A DNA stretch of 64,000 nucleotides. Origin: Lytechinus pictus (Eukaryota). The stretch lies in NCBI RefSeq assembly GCF_037042905.1, contig NC_087245.1, positions 5,272,001 to 5,336,000 of the forward strand, written 5' to 3'. Below the pieces are notes generated by a model. The model worked only from the letters and a program-made list of their open reading frames with translations. It searched no databases and was not told where the DNA came from. Positions 39,601 through 49,302 of this stretch are shown one piece after another. Position 1 is the first letter of the stretch, and the number at the start of each line of letters is the position of its first letter. The position numbers were made by a program, and so were the translations under genes.

Positions 39601-40215
39601 CAATTTGATCTCCTTAGTGATTTCTTAATAACTTTAATATGTCTTTTGATATCGCTCTTGTCATGAATGGTATATTTCATGCTTTTTATTTTTATGTTTT
39701 AAAATTCAGTTTGTAATGAAGGTCTGTTAAATGCATTTATCTTTGTTGCCAATGTTAACTACATATTGAACAGGTCTGTTGATTGACTGCCATATTAAAT
39801 ATGATTAATTTACAAGTTAATTAAATTTAGTTCGACTCCAAGACATTGATAGATCAACTGATATTAACTCACATTTTTCTTTCTCTTTTCTCTGTGTACA
39901 CTCTCACCTCCTATGGCTGGCCAATTACATATTCTATCATTTTAATACCTTTTAACACTTTATTTAATACTCCCTTTTCTCATTTCCCGTTCCTTTCCCT
40001 TCTTTCCCCCTTTCTTTAATTCCCTCCCTTTCTTTTTTAAAATCCATTTCCCCTTATTCTTCCATCTTTATCGCTGCTATTATCATCTGCCGCCATTTTC
40101 TGTCTCCTCTGTGTGTTTTTTATGAATTAAGCACCGTGTGACCAAGCTCGCTCCCCGACCTCAGACTGAGGAAGACCTTGCATCCATGTTTGAGAAGTCA
40201 ATGAAAGTTTACTAG
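15070..40215 (+). CDS. ADHFE1: Hydroxyacid-oxoacid transhydrogenase, mitochondrial (iron-containing alcohol dehydrogenase family); 14 coding exons, 1440 nt, 479 aa
   Basis: Exons 15070-15128, 21785-21905, 23109-23162, 24890-24940, 26367-26470, 30942-31138, 31664-31741, 32769-32874, 33275-33427, 33694-33792, 34415-34493, 35925-36021, 39221-39378 and 40132-40215 join in frame with GT-AG introns. Motifs: [44 protein letters not shown]. Confidence 0.97.
16097..16574. mobile_element. Two adjacent fold-back elements (16097-16283 and 16402-16574), Crypton-like non-autonomous
   Basis: Both run TATAAAACAAATAATG…CATTATTTGTATA. The second is a near-perfect palindrome around CTCGGCTAACGCCTCG. Confidence 0.55.
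16754..17711 (+). mobile_element. Non-autonomous Helentron-type (HINE / Tsp / pearl-like) element with 4 full internal tandem units
   Basis: T-run start; subterminal IR GTCTCACCTGCAT…ATGCAGGTGAGAC; 5' short hairpin; (GGC)n microsatellite; ~162-192-bp tandem units; ends CCACTTGTT with no TSD. Confidence 0.8.
19283..20046. mobile_element. piggyBac-like MITE
   Basis: TTAA|CCCTAA…TTAGGG|TTAA; palindrome GGGGGGGGTTGATTCAACCCCCCCC near both ends. Confidence 0.82.
20296..20701 (+). mobile_element. 6-bp-TSD MITE, copy 3
   Basis: CTCCTA|CAGACCAGCCAACC…GGTAGGCAGGTCTG|CTCCTA; body highly similar to 653-1112. Confidence 0.87.
21785..21905 (+). CDS. ADHFE1: ADHFE1 exon 2 (CSCPAHS…EYAFE)
   Basis: tag| acceptor, |gtgagt donor; CxCPxHS and YAFE motifs. 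Confidence 0.92.
22072..22240. mobile_element. Short Harbinger-like MITE (CTG TSD)
   Basis: CTG|GTGGGTGTTTCATAAAGCTGTTCGTAA…TTACGAACAGCTTTATGAAACGTCCCC|CTG. Confidence 0.75.
22282..22860 (+). repeat. 27-bp minisatellite-bearing repeat (GCCAAGGTCAAGGCATGGAAGTCCAAT), split by a SINE; second copy at ~30484-30590
   Basis: Visible tandem units. Both loci share the leader GCCCAAACCCTCAAGACCC…GCCAGGGTTTTAATGC. Confidence 0.8.
22525..22802 (-). mobile_element. Full-length tRNA-derived SINE with CORE-like middle and L2-type (ATT)n tail
   Basis: On the minus strand: A box TGGCCCAGTGG, B box GGTTCGAATCC, AAATGGGTACC core, GCGCCTTGAG tail stem, (ATT)n. Splits a minisatellite. Confidence 0.88.
23109..23162 (+). 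CDS. ADHFE1: ADHFE1 exon 3 ([18 protein letters not shown])
   Basis: tttag| acceptor, |gtaagt donor; in frame. Confidence 0.95.
24890..24940 (+). CDS. ADHFE1: ADHFE1 exon 4 ([17 protein letters not shown])
   Basis: gcag| acceptor, |gtatgt donor; in frame. Confidence 0.95.
26367..26470 (+). CDS. ADHFE1: ADHFE1 exon 5 (LSSLP…[11 protein letters not shown])
   Basis: tag| acceptor, |gtaaac donor; VRVEPT motif. Confidence 0.95.
27474..28036. mobile_element. Kolobok-like MITE
   Basis: TTAA|AGGACAAGTCCAACCC…GGGGTGGACTTGACCT|CTAA. More decayed relatives at ~9050-9170, ~24130-24660, ~32150-32610, ~54550-55030 and ~62030-62600. Confidence 0.78.
28041..28727. mobile_element. piggyBac-like MITE, directly abutting the Kolobok-like MITE
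   Basis: CTAA|CCCT…AGGG|TTAA; body related to 19283-20046 (GATCTCGGC.GCCG, AATTTGGTCTCA). Confidence 0.68.
28820..30161 (+). mobile_element. Helentron-type element, 6 full internal units
   Basis: Same architecture; subterminal IR variant GTCTCGCCTGCAT…ATGCAGGCGAGAC. Confidence 0.8.
30942..31138 (+). CDS. ADHFE1: ADHFE1 exon 6 ([16 protein letters not shown])
   Basis: ccag| acceptor, |gtatgt donor; GGGS nucleotide-binding motif of Fe-ADH. Confidence 0.97.
31385..31612 (-). mobile_element. L2-clade LINE fragment (ORF2 C-terminus) in ADHFE1 intron 6
   Basis: Translates [42 protein letters not shown]. Confidence 0.8.
31664..31741 (+). CDS. ADHFE1: ADHFE1 exon 7 ([12 protein letters not shown])
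   Basis: cag| acceptor, |gtaggt donor; Fe-ADH PTT.GTGSE motif. Confidence 0.97.
32769..32874 (+). CDS. ADHFE1: ADHFE1 exon 8 (IASRVIRP…SGFDVL)
   Basis: tag| acceptor, |gtaagt donor; in frame. Confidence 0.96.
33275..33427 (+). CDS. ADHFE1: ADHFE1 exon 9 (HALESYT…[12 protein letters not shown])
   Basis: aag| acceptor, |gtaaga donor; HOT-type RPAYQGSNP segment. Confidence 0.96.
33694..33792 (+). CDS. ADHFE1: ADHFE1 exon 10 ([11 protein letters not shown]…GNAGVHL)
   Basis: cag| acceptor, |gtgagt donor; in frame. Confidence 0.96.
33822..34246 (+). mobile_element. Helentron-type element, 3' part (degenerate)
   Basis: Two decayed units plus the 3' end ATGCAGGCAAGAC…CCACTTGTT. Confidence 0.75.
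34415..34493 (+). CDS. ADHFE1: ADHFE1 exon 11 (HGMSYPIAG…DHAIV)
   Basis: tag| acceptor, |gtaagt donor; metal-ligand His region. Confidence 0.96.
34548..35452. mobile_element. Degenerate piggyBac-like MITE with an internal ~80-bp duplication (~35021-35099 and ~35151-35231)
   Basis: TTAA|CCCT start, C-runs near both ends, ends TTAGG; duplicated ACAAGTGCAACACCAATTCCTGAGC block. Confidence 0.5.
35925..36021 (+). CDS. ADHFE1: ADHFE1 exon 12 (PHGLSVV…[11 protein letters not shown])
   Basis: ccag| acceptor, |gtaagc donor; in frame. Confidence 0.96.
36519..38570. mobile_element. 2-kb non-autonomous DNA transposon with TA TSD (Tc1/mariner-like), carrying a small nested element at ~38092-38224
   Basis: TA|CACAACAAAAAAAGTAAGTCCCCCCT…AGGGGGGACTTACTTTTTTTGTTGTG|TA; no long ORF. 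Confidence 0.82.
38581..39187 (+). mobile_element. Helentron-type element, 2 full internal units
   Basis: Termini essentially identical to 16754-17711, with fewer units. Confidence 0.8.
39221..39378 (+). CDS. ADHFE1: ADHFE1 exon 13 (DAGRCLAD…LVKGTLPQ)
   Basis: tcag| acceptor, |gtatct donor; in frame. Confidence 0.96.
40132..40215 (+). CDS. ADHFE1: ADHFE1 exon 14 ([11 protein letters not shown]…SMKVY*)
   Basis: aag| acceptor; TAG stop at 40213-40215; C-terminus typical of ADHFE1. Candidate AATAAA signals near 40786 and 40842. Confidence 0.95.
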   Translation, partial: HRVTKLAPRPQTEEDLASMFEKSMKVY

Positions 40216-42837
40216 TAAAACATGGCCTTCAGCAACCTTGTATTCTACAAACTGTTAAGATCCAGGATTAAAAAAAAGTTTCACTGCAGCTTTAGAGGGA
40301 AGAACACATGACTAAAAAACATTTAGGCAGAATTAGTACTTTAAGCTTTAATGCTGATATCTATGGTGCAGAACCATACTCACATGTTTTGTTGTGGGAC
40401 ATTCCATATATTTTTTCTACAAGGCAAGCTTGTTTGAAGATTTCAATCATGATCAGATTCCTTATGGAGTCAAGCAATCATTGTGTACTTCATTGTAACT
40501 GTGGAAATTTGTAGATTTTATTCAATCCGATGGACTTTATACTCTGTCAAAGCTCTTGTGTTTTTAAAACAAATTATTGTTGTGGTGTGGTTTCCTTAAA
40601 AATCTATCTCTGCATATTTTGAATTATTCTTTCTCTTATTCTTATCTGTAAATCATAACAATTCAAATTGAAATATGATAACAATGGCCTTTGAAAATTT
40701 GTATATTGTACACCTTTTTCTTAAACATTAAGTGGATATCCCCTTGATTGCATCAACTTATTTTTACTCATTTGTTTGTTCATTTAATAAAGCCAATAAG
40801 GAAGTATAGGACTTTTCCTGTTTAAAATTATGTCTTCCATCAATAAAGTGCATTTGATTTTTGATATCAGAAGAAATCATTTTTAAGCAAATTATACCTT
40901 TTTGAAAGAGGTTATTTTACTGATTACCCAGGAATGCAGTAATCATTCTTCATTTCCTGCAAAAAAATATATAACTTTGTTTTACGTTCATGACATGATT
41001 AATTTATTTCTCTGCTAAAAATGCAAAATACTTGCATACAAAATACAGTCACAGTAACTTTTGGAAAAAAAAAACAATTGGAAAAAAATCCAATAGAATC
41101 AAATGCTGTAAGGTGAAGTACAACTGCATTGAGTATGTGAGAAATAATCCAAAATATTTTGCTTGCTTAAAGTAATTTCACTTTTCCCAATTTTAATTGA
41201 AAATTGTATTTGTTGTCTCTTTTCCATGAAGCATCAGTACTGTTTTTGTTATGGCAGTGATAGTTGTGACATTAACAAATGATTTTAGCAATGCTGAGAT
41301 TTGTAAGTTTTAACATTTTTTAAAAGTAGATAATTTTTTTTTGGAATGTTGAATATCATGAAGAATTTGAATTAATGTGCTGGCAGACATATTTCTGACA
41401 GGGAACATGTATGCATAGATGAGTGATGATCTAAAGTGTAATGAAACTTGAACATTATGTCAAATATCATGTGACATTGTGTAAAGGGTACATGTGTTAT
41501 GGAAGCTCTTCTTGATATTTATAATCACGATGATCATGAAGGTGATGATATTGGTTTTCATGATGCAGTTATTGCAGTCATGACGATGAGAATGGTTAAT
41601 TAACCTGATAGTGAAATGTTTATATATCCCAATTTAGAACTCTGCATTGACACTAATAATGATGTTAATATTATATGGTATGAGAAATAGTCTGAAAAGA
41701 TGAATGGGGGGTTTTCTGGCAGCTTAAAAGCAGTATGATTGCAGTATGCATGCATACTGTGAGCAGCCTTTGACCATAAAATGTGCATTTGCTACTTTGT
41801 TAGTTGGAACAAATACACCATTGCGAAGAGATTTTGCATTCATGTCATGTGTCATTAACTAACACAGAGGTATTTGTCTTCCAATTGCTTGTTGACCACT
41901 AATTAGTTTTATGCAATTATTTGTTTTTCTTCTATTTCTTTTATCACTCAGTGGTATGTATCTCAGACAGGTGTTCTTCAATTTGTTCACAGAGAATCAC
42001 CTTTGATTTCCTTGAAGTTAAAAAGCCAAAAACTGTTGACTTTGTACAGAAACTATAAAAACAATGTGACTTGGTAAGATTATAATCATATATTTGGAAC
42101 TTTTGCTAAAAGTGTTCTGATGAACTATTACATAGAAACATGCAGGAGACATGGCCCCCGATTCTTGGGGGTTTATTTTTTAACTTTTATCATATTTATG
42201 ATTCTGCCATATTGAAATGAATTTAACCATATGTATCATGTTATATATGTGTGCTATATCAAATGGACTTAAAATCCAAAAGATTTTTTCCATAGTTTTG
42301 TCTGCCAAATAATTGTTATAATGAGAAATTATGGGAGAGATTTATTTTTGTATGATTCAATTGCAGTTGATTATTAAATATTTTAAGCTAAAAAAAAAAT
42401 TGTGGATCCGTTTCCTGTTGTAATTGGATATATTGTTTTCTGATATATATTTTTCAATGCTCATGGTATTAATGTAAGGTATTCATACTTCTATGGACAG
42501 AATATACATGTATCGTCTCAGTACAACACATATTCTAGATCTAAATTTGATGGTGTTATAGCATGAAACATCAATTATATTTTCATTGCAGACCTAGTAT
42601 CGGTGTGGATAGCATCTCAATGTTCATGCACCCTATTGAAAACTGCATACTGCATTATATGTTCCTTTCACAGAGGTTCACAAACTTCATTGGGATATCC
42701 CTGGAGCATTGACTGGCCAGATCAATATACTAATGTGTATACTCCCCTTCAAAAGTTTGGTACTGCTTTTAATATTTTTATAAATTGATAGATATGAGTT
42801 TATTTTACAGTATTGCATCCTTTGATCATGATATAGG

Positions 42838-43195
42838 CAGAGCTGCCAAGTAGTACGATTTTCCGTATTTAGTACGTTTTTGCAACCAAAATAAGGCAGT
42901 ACATTTTTTCTTTAAAAAATATGTTTTTTGTATTAAAAAAAATATATATATATGTCTCTATTTCATAAAACGTACACAAATATGGTTATTAGATCAATGT
43001 AATTTCAGGTAACTTGTTTTTTTTTTCAATCATTTTGTAAAAACCAGGGTGAGATATACACAAGTTTCAATGTTTTTTTTTTTCATCTGCAAGAGCAGTG
43101 CACATTTTAGCTTGCATGCAGCTTGAGCGCCGTGATGGGCGAGTGCGCCAAGCATTTTATTATGAAATACACTGTTTTGGGGAAAAATACAAAAT
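42838..43195 (+). mobile_element. 6-bp-TSD MITE, copy 4 (right end missing)
   Basis: Starts CAGAGCTGCCAAG; body nearly identical to ~680-1015; abuts a Helentron-like fragment. Confidence 0.8.
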
Positions 43196-43198
43196 ATT

Positions 43199-43460
43199 TA
43201 TTTGACTCGACTGCATAGCAGAGCGACATTTTAGGCGCTGCTTTTTCCGACGACGGCTGCGTGGTCCCTGTCGTCAACATTGAAATCTTAACCAAGGTTT
43301 AAGTTTTTGAAATGTAACTTAGAAATGATATAGACCTAGTTCATGAAACTTTTTCATATTTGAGGGTAATCAAGTATTACTGAATTTCCTGTCTTGAGTT
43401 TCAGGTCACATGACCAAGTTCAAGGTCACTTAGGGTCAATGAATTTAGACCATGTTCAGG
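43199..43460 (+). mobile_element. Helentron-type element, 5' fragment (degenerate)
   Basis: CTGCATAGCAGAGCGAC…GGCGCTGCTTTTTCCGACG, then one decayed unit. Confidence 0.7.
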
Positions 43461-44869
43461 GATCACCATCATTGGATACGCAACTGGCCAAGATGTGATT
43501 AACATCTTCTTTAACTGGAAGAAACAAGTTTATCCTGACGATGAGTTGATTTGGATTATAAAAAAAAGAATACTTTCTGATAATAAAAAGCAATGAAAGT
43601 TTGACGCAAATCCATAGAATAATAAAACATGAATTTCTTTCTAGTAATACAATCTTAACAGCTTTTTATTTTTGATAGTTTATCTTATTACTTAAAACAC
43701 CTTTCTCATGGAATCACGTATGAAATATTGTATCTGATGCTATACTGAATACTGATAAGCCAATATTATCTTTTTTTCTGACATGATGTATTTTATGGTA
43801 TTTACGATAGTGAAAAAAAGGGCCAGTGCAAGGGTCTTTTGATGAGGGCCGGGAAGTGGCGCTTCGACCCTTGGAATCGACATAGTGATCACCACGGTAC
43901 CGCTAGCGATCGAGAGTAATGCCTGAAACCACCCTAATTATTACAACTCTGGTTACAAGTGCATAGTAATTCCATATACAGAGGGATCTAGAATACCCCC
44001 TCCCCCTCCAAGATTTAAATGTATTCAAATGTAAAACAATTTTTAAAAGCGCTCCTCATACCCTTTTCAGTACTTTCTAAAACAGCAGTAAAATTAAAAA
44101 CAATTTAAAATTTTCTTCTAGAAATTCTGCAATTATAACAACTTGCAACGTGGACATTGGTGGAGAATTATCGATCATACCATCGAGAACATGAATAAAT
44201 GATATAATTACGGCGATGTATTATTGTTATATACTGTAATAAAGATTTAATATCAGACCCAGCTAATGCATTTGCATTATACAAAATAGCAGTATTACGC
44301 ATAGTTGGGCAGTATAGGTAAGCATGAAAAGATAGCTTGTTGTAAATCTAGGACATCAACGAGCAAGAACGCAAGTTCAACACACGCATGTTTCAGTTAA
44401 GACTATAATATATATATATATATATAAATACACATATATATATTAGCATTCGTTCTCTTTTCACGGCTATATAAGGACAAATTTTAAGTCCCTGAACTAA
44501 ATACCAAAAATAACGGCATCTCTTAAGGAATCTTTTTAATTATTCCAGTTCAATATTAGACCATACATTATAATTACAAATGTGTATGTTTTAAAGTACC
44601 AAAAGTGTGGATGTTGTGAAATAATAATATGCTTTATGGGGACCCCAAATAAAATGTCAATAACTGCCCCCTTGTACTCATTTGTAGCAGATATTCCAAA
44701 ATATAAGATTTGTTATAACAGACTTGATAGGTTCCTAGATACTTTTGATTGTCTAAATTAAAACCAATGTGGATTCAGGAAAAGACATTCAACTGACCAG
44801 GCTTTAATACAAAATAATACACGATAAAATTACAATTGCAATGGCAAATAAAGAACATAATAATAAAGA

Positions 44870-45190
44870 GTATTCATGGACCCATAAGCTAAGCCGTTGA
44901 CACTCCAGATTTTACTTTTAAAACTTGAAAATCAGGGCATTCAAGAAATCAGAGTATCATTGTTTGAGAGTTACTTGTCCGATAGAAAATATGCAATTCA
45001 CAATAATATTTCTCCTACAGTTGATAAAATGCGGAGTTCCACAATGATCAATCTAGTTAGGCCCTTGCTTTTTATGATATATTGAATTGACTACTGTAAC
45101 GCCTGTTTTATCATTTGTTTAACATGCAGATGACAAAATTGTTGTTCACACAATAGCTTAGAAACTCTAGTAGATACAATTAATTGTAAA
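44870..45190 (+). mobile_element. Decayed CR1/L2-type reverse transcriptase fragment
   Basis: ILLLKLENQGI…FESYLSDR…GPLLF.IYI…ADD-like remnants with frameshifts. Confidence 0.6.
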
Positions 45191-45639
45191 GTATATATAG
45201 GCCTATATATACACAGTGACCCATATGCTGGACTCGGGTTTAAATTAAACCCTGGTTTAAAGTTGTGGTTTAAGTATGGAGAGCCAATTGGAGCACAAAT
45301 ACTTTATAGTACACGTTCAATATATTAACTCATATGACACCCAAATTGTTCATAATTGTCTGGGAATGATAACTGAAGTATTTTCTTCATAATGAAAGCA
45401 AAAGGAAACAAAATAGTAAACATGAGAGATATACAATATAAACATAATTTTTGAACGTTTGGCTCCCCATAACTTCAGCACAGAGTTAGACCGTGGTCTA
45501 GGTTAAACCCGACTTCAGAGTACGGGCCAGGGTGTTTCTAAAAAAAGTAACCGAAGTTCAAAGGTCAGCTATATCAAGAATACATCATTCATACTTGTGA
45601 TTTCTATTCTACATAATTGAGTAACTCATCAAATTTAGT

Positions 45640-46287
45640 TTGACACCTTCTTTGCGTTACAATTGTCACGGGATACAGAGTTATGGTCCATTGAAGGCGA
45701 AGGGTACAAAACCCAGTTTTTCCAAGTTTTGGGTTTTAATGTACAAGCACGAAACCTACTTTGTTGCAAGATTTTGGTTTAATCAGATATGTTCCCTGAA
45801 AATTTCAGTGAAATTTTACCCTTCTTATAACTTTTTCGAGTAAATGTTACATAACTGGTGTCTAGCTGCAATTATGACTCGGCACATCATAGGTAACTTG
45901 CAGGCACATGTTTAGCATAATATAACTTTTCTTCGTCACAACCCCGCAATGGTTAGAAGAGCAATGCAAGATATGCAGCGTCAACTGTGAGGTACTGTGA
46001 AAACGTTGAAGGTTTGGTGCAAAAGTTAGGGGTGAATGACGTGTTCAAAAGAAATTGAAGCTAGGCAGTAAATGCCAATAACTTACAGAAAGTTTACAGA
46101 AGTTAATAGGATTTTACTGAAATTTTGAAGGGAAAATTCTGATGAAACAAACACCTTACAACAACAACAACAAAAAAGGTTTCGTGTACATTAAAACAAA
46201 AAAAAACTTGGAAAAAGTGGGTTCTGTACCCTTGGCCTTCGATGGTCCATAACTCTGTGACAATTGTGACGCAAGGAAGGTGTCATA
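45640..46287. repeat. ~110-bp imperfect inverted repeat pair (~45642-45760 and ~46178-46285), probably the arms of a DNA transposon
   Basis: GACACCTTCTTTGCGTTACAATTGTCAC… pairs with …GTGACAATTGTGACGCAAGGAAGGTGTC. Confidence 0.65.
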
Positions 46288-46324
46288 TTAAAGTATATTC
46301 ATACCCAAACTCGAAAATATGAAT

Positions 46325-46780
46325 CAATCACCCCTGTACTACGAAACTTACATTGGCTTGCTGTTCATTCTCGTATTTCTTTCAAATTATTAGTTTTTGC
46401 ATATGAATGCTTCCATGAGATAGCTAGCTCCATCATATTTGACCGAATTATTAACTTTACACCAGACTACTCGTACTCTATATAAGATCAAGCACAAAGC
46501 GGCCGTTTGCTATTCCTCCCATAGGTACCAAAACATATGGTTATAGCACTCATTTGCACATGCCTCTTCCGTCTTATGGAATGCACTTCCTAATTATATG
46601 AGAAATATACATGATTTAGATAAGTTTAAGGCTTCTCTAAAAAAGTATCTGTTTAACATGTAATGAATTCAGTGCCCACCACTCTTTACTTTCTAATTTC
46701 ATTCCTTAATTTCATCAAAGTGCATAGGACATGCGTAGCTATGTGTTATGGGCTATAAAAGAACTGAATATTATTATTAT
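46325..46780 (+). mobile_element. L2-clade LINE 3' end
   Basis: ITPVLRNLHWLAVHSRISFKLLVFAYEC…APSYL…LWNALP, followed by an (ATT)n tail. Confidence 0.8.
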
Positions 46781-47987
46781 TTTGATGAGTCTTGGAAGGG
46801 TTCCACAAAAAACGAAGGGACTGTTCCAGCTTTCATCTAATCTTCGATTTTATCTTTTTAAGGATTTGTTCTAACTTAGACAGAAGTTATATAAGTAGCC
46901 TACATATTATCTTAACTCTTGCAGAAAAGGTAAGGTACATGTACATACATACAAATTTTATCGCCATATACTAAAGACAAAGTACATTGCACTTATCGAT
47001 AATTAGACTGCTTAGATTCACAGTTCTCTCATATTCAATAACATTTGAAATGTTTTGGCAAAACTAATCGATGATACAACGCGCACCCCCCCCCCCCCCC
47101 CAAAAAAAAAAATGTCCCTCTGACACAGGGCTTAATTGGTGGCATTCTCAATTAAAATATGTACAAGACAGCTCTTTCCATTTTCAAACTTGCGTGAAAT
47201 TTTAAGTGGTCTCGCTTCAGCAGTCATGAATACACACTCTGTGTTACGTAACAGTGGTGCATTTCAGTGCGTTCTAAGTGTGCAGCACTGCTGTATTTAT
47301 GTATTGTCCTTAAAACATGTTAACACCCATTTCCCTGATCTACCCAGGCTCAACAGGGCAAGATACATCCAGAATGACATTTGTTTGTTGGTTGATAGGG
47401 GAACAAGTGCATTAACCTCCCTGAAAGAAAATAATATGAGATGCACTTAATCAGTGTATCACACTTTTGCCAAAGCAAACTTGACCATTGGATATTTACT
47501 TTTTTTATGCAAATAGATAGACCTACAGTGAATACACTTTACCTCATCTACGTACTAACAAGAACAGTAAATGAAAAAAAAATGCAATTGTTGAAATGCA
47601 TGAAGTTGACAAGCATGACATGTTATCTCCATCAGTGTGCATTTTCCATTATCAAACTTAGTTAAAATAGTTTGTCAAGCACTGATGTTGCCCTTCTCAG
47701 GCTCAAGGTTGTGATGCTGAAGACTTCTCTGGTCAGATTCTGACTGATTAAAGGGTGTTGCTAGACAGTGCAAAACATAAGGCAATGCTGCATGCACACA
47801 TGAAAACATATATAGCACCTCTGTTTTTTTCTGATTGCTCATTTCATAATTATTCTAAAGAACCTGCAAACATTTCAATCTCTGCTTTTTATGCAGGTTC
47901 CTTCTTCATATTTCACTCTTATTCACTGCCATTTTCATTATCTTCTGTATTCTGTATGTACCAAACGTATTTCTTGTATTATGTTAT

Positions 47988-48353
47988 TAATAATAATAAT
48001 AATAATAATAATAGCCAATTTTTATAAAGCGCTTTTCCCTGAATGGCTCAAAGCGCGTTACAGCATATTATTACCCCGGTTATTGGATTCATTTCAATCC
48101 CGCACGAAAAGTGCACAATATCCACTCCCTGGGGAGCATTCCTTGCATTCATCGCAGCCTCATTATGGCGCTGGCAAAATCAAACATACAATATCTTTCG
48201 CATCCTACCGGGTACCCATTTAGCACCTGGGTCGAGAGTGGCAAAGTGTGGATTAACGCCTTGCCAAAGGACGCTAGACCGCGGTGGGATTCGAACACAC
48301 GACCCTCTGTTTACAAGGCGAGAGTCAGAACCACTACACCACGGCTCTTCCAC
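47988..48353 (-). mobile_element. tRNA-derived SINE, second family (related head and core, different 3' half)
   Basis: A box TGGTGTAGTGG, B box GTTCGAATCC, CTCGACCCAGGTGCTAAATGGGTACC core, (ATT)n tail. Confidence 0.86.
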
Positions 48354-49107
48354 AAATATTATATTTTGTTGTGAAGTATGAAAATAAATTCAATTCAAAT
48401 TCAATTCTGTTACATAATAGATTACGTATTCAAAACTGCTAAAAGCTTTCTCGTTGTATGTTTCAAAGACTTTTAAAATACATTTTTGTAATTAAAAAAA
48501 AACAATTTACTTAACAATTTAGTCATCTGCAGTAAATGTCGCAGAATGCCTGAATATATGATGTGGGATCGCATTTTTTCCCCCATTATGTCACGGTGTT
48601 TCATGATACTCTTTCATTTTATCTCACGATGAATTAAAACATAAAAAATAAATAAGAATAACTGTGACCTGACAACAATTATAAAAACATTTCAAAAGAG
48701 AAACTCGCGTAAGGATCTGTGGAGGTCATAATGACAGACCGTTTGTGCCAGCAAATCATGAAGACTGTCACTTGAATGGGAACACTTTTTTCGCGATGAG
48801 GAATATTGGAGCAAAGTAAACGATCTCAGCTCGAGGCAAATTCATGCAGACTTGCTATTGATATCAATTTATGTAGTCATCAAAAGTCAAGACCTGTCAT
48901 AAACATTCATAATTTTCACAACCGATACCATTGGCAAAACAACATTTAGTTATGATGTTATAAGATGGCAAAGTTGTTAGAAACAATTTTTTCATTGTTG
49001 GCTTAAACCATATCATAACTTATAGCATGGCCGGATAAATTGATCAATAAAATATAAGATTATATGGCAAAATAGGTACAATATATTTTTTTATCATCTT
49101 TTCTCGC

Positions 49108-49302
49108 TCATTTCTTTCCTTTTTTCTTCTTCTGTAAAACTCCCTCTTCTTGTGATGGTTGCCATCGTAGATCCCTCTCCAAGAAGGCTTGTCGCCATGG
49201 TAACGAATCATATTTGATTATCTCTCCACCGAAGGTGTCTGGAAGTATGGAAGGTAAGAGGTATTCGTGGAGCGTTTCCAAGTTCTGACCGTGTAGTCTG
49301 AC
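49108..49302 (-). CDS. CRAL-TRIO gene, coding exon 4 (VRLHG…KKKKGKK*)
   Basis: tag| acceptor; TGA stop at 49110-49108. Confidence 0.9.
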   Translation of the reverse strand, partial: VRLHGQNLETLHEYLLPSILPDTFGGEIIKYDSLPWRQAFLERDLRWQPSQEEGVLQKKKKGKK

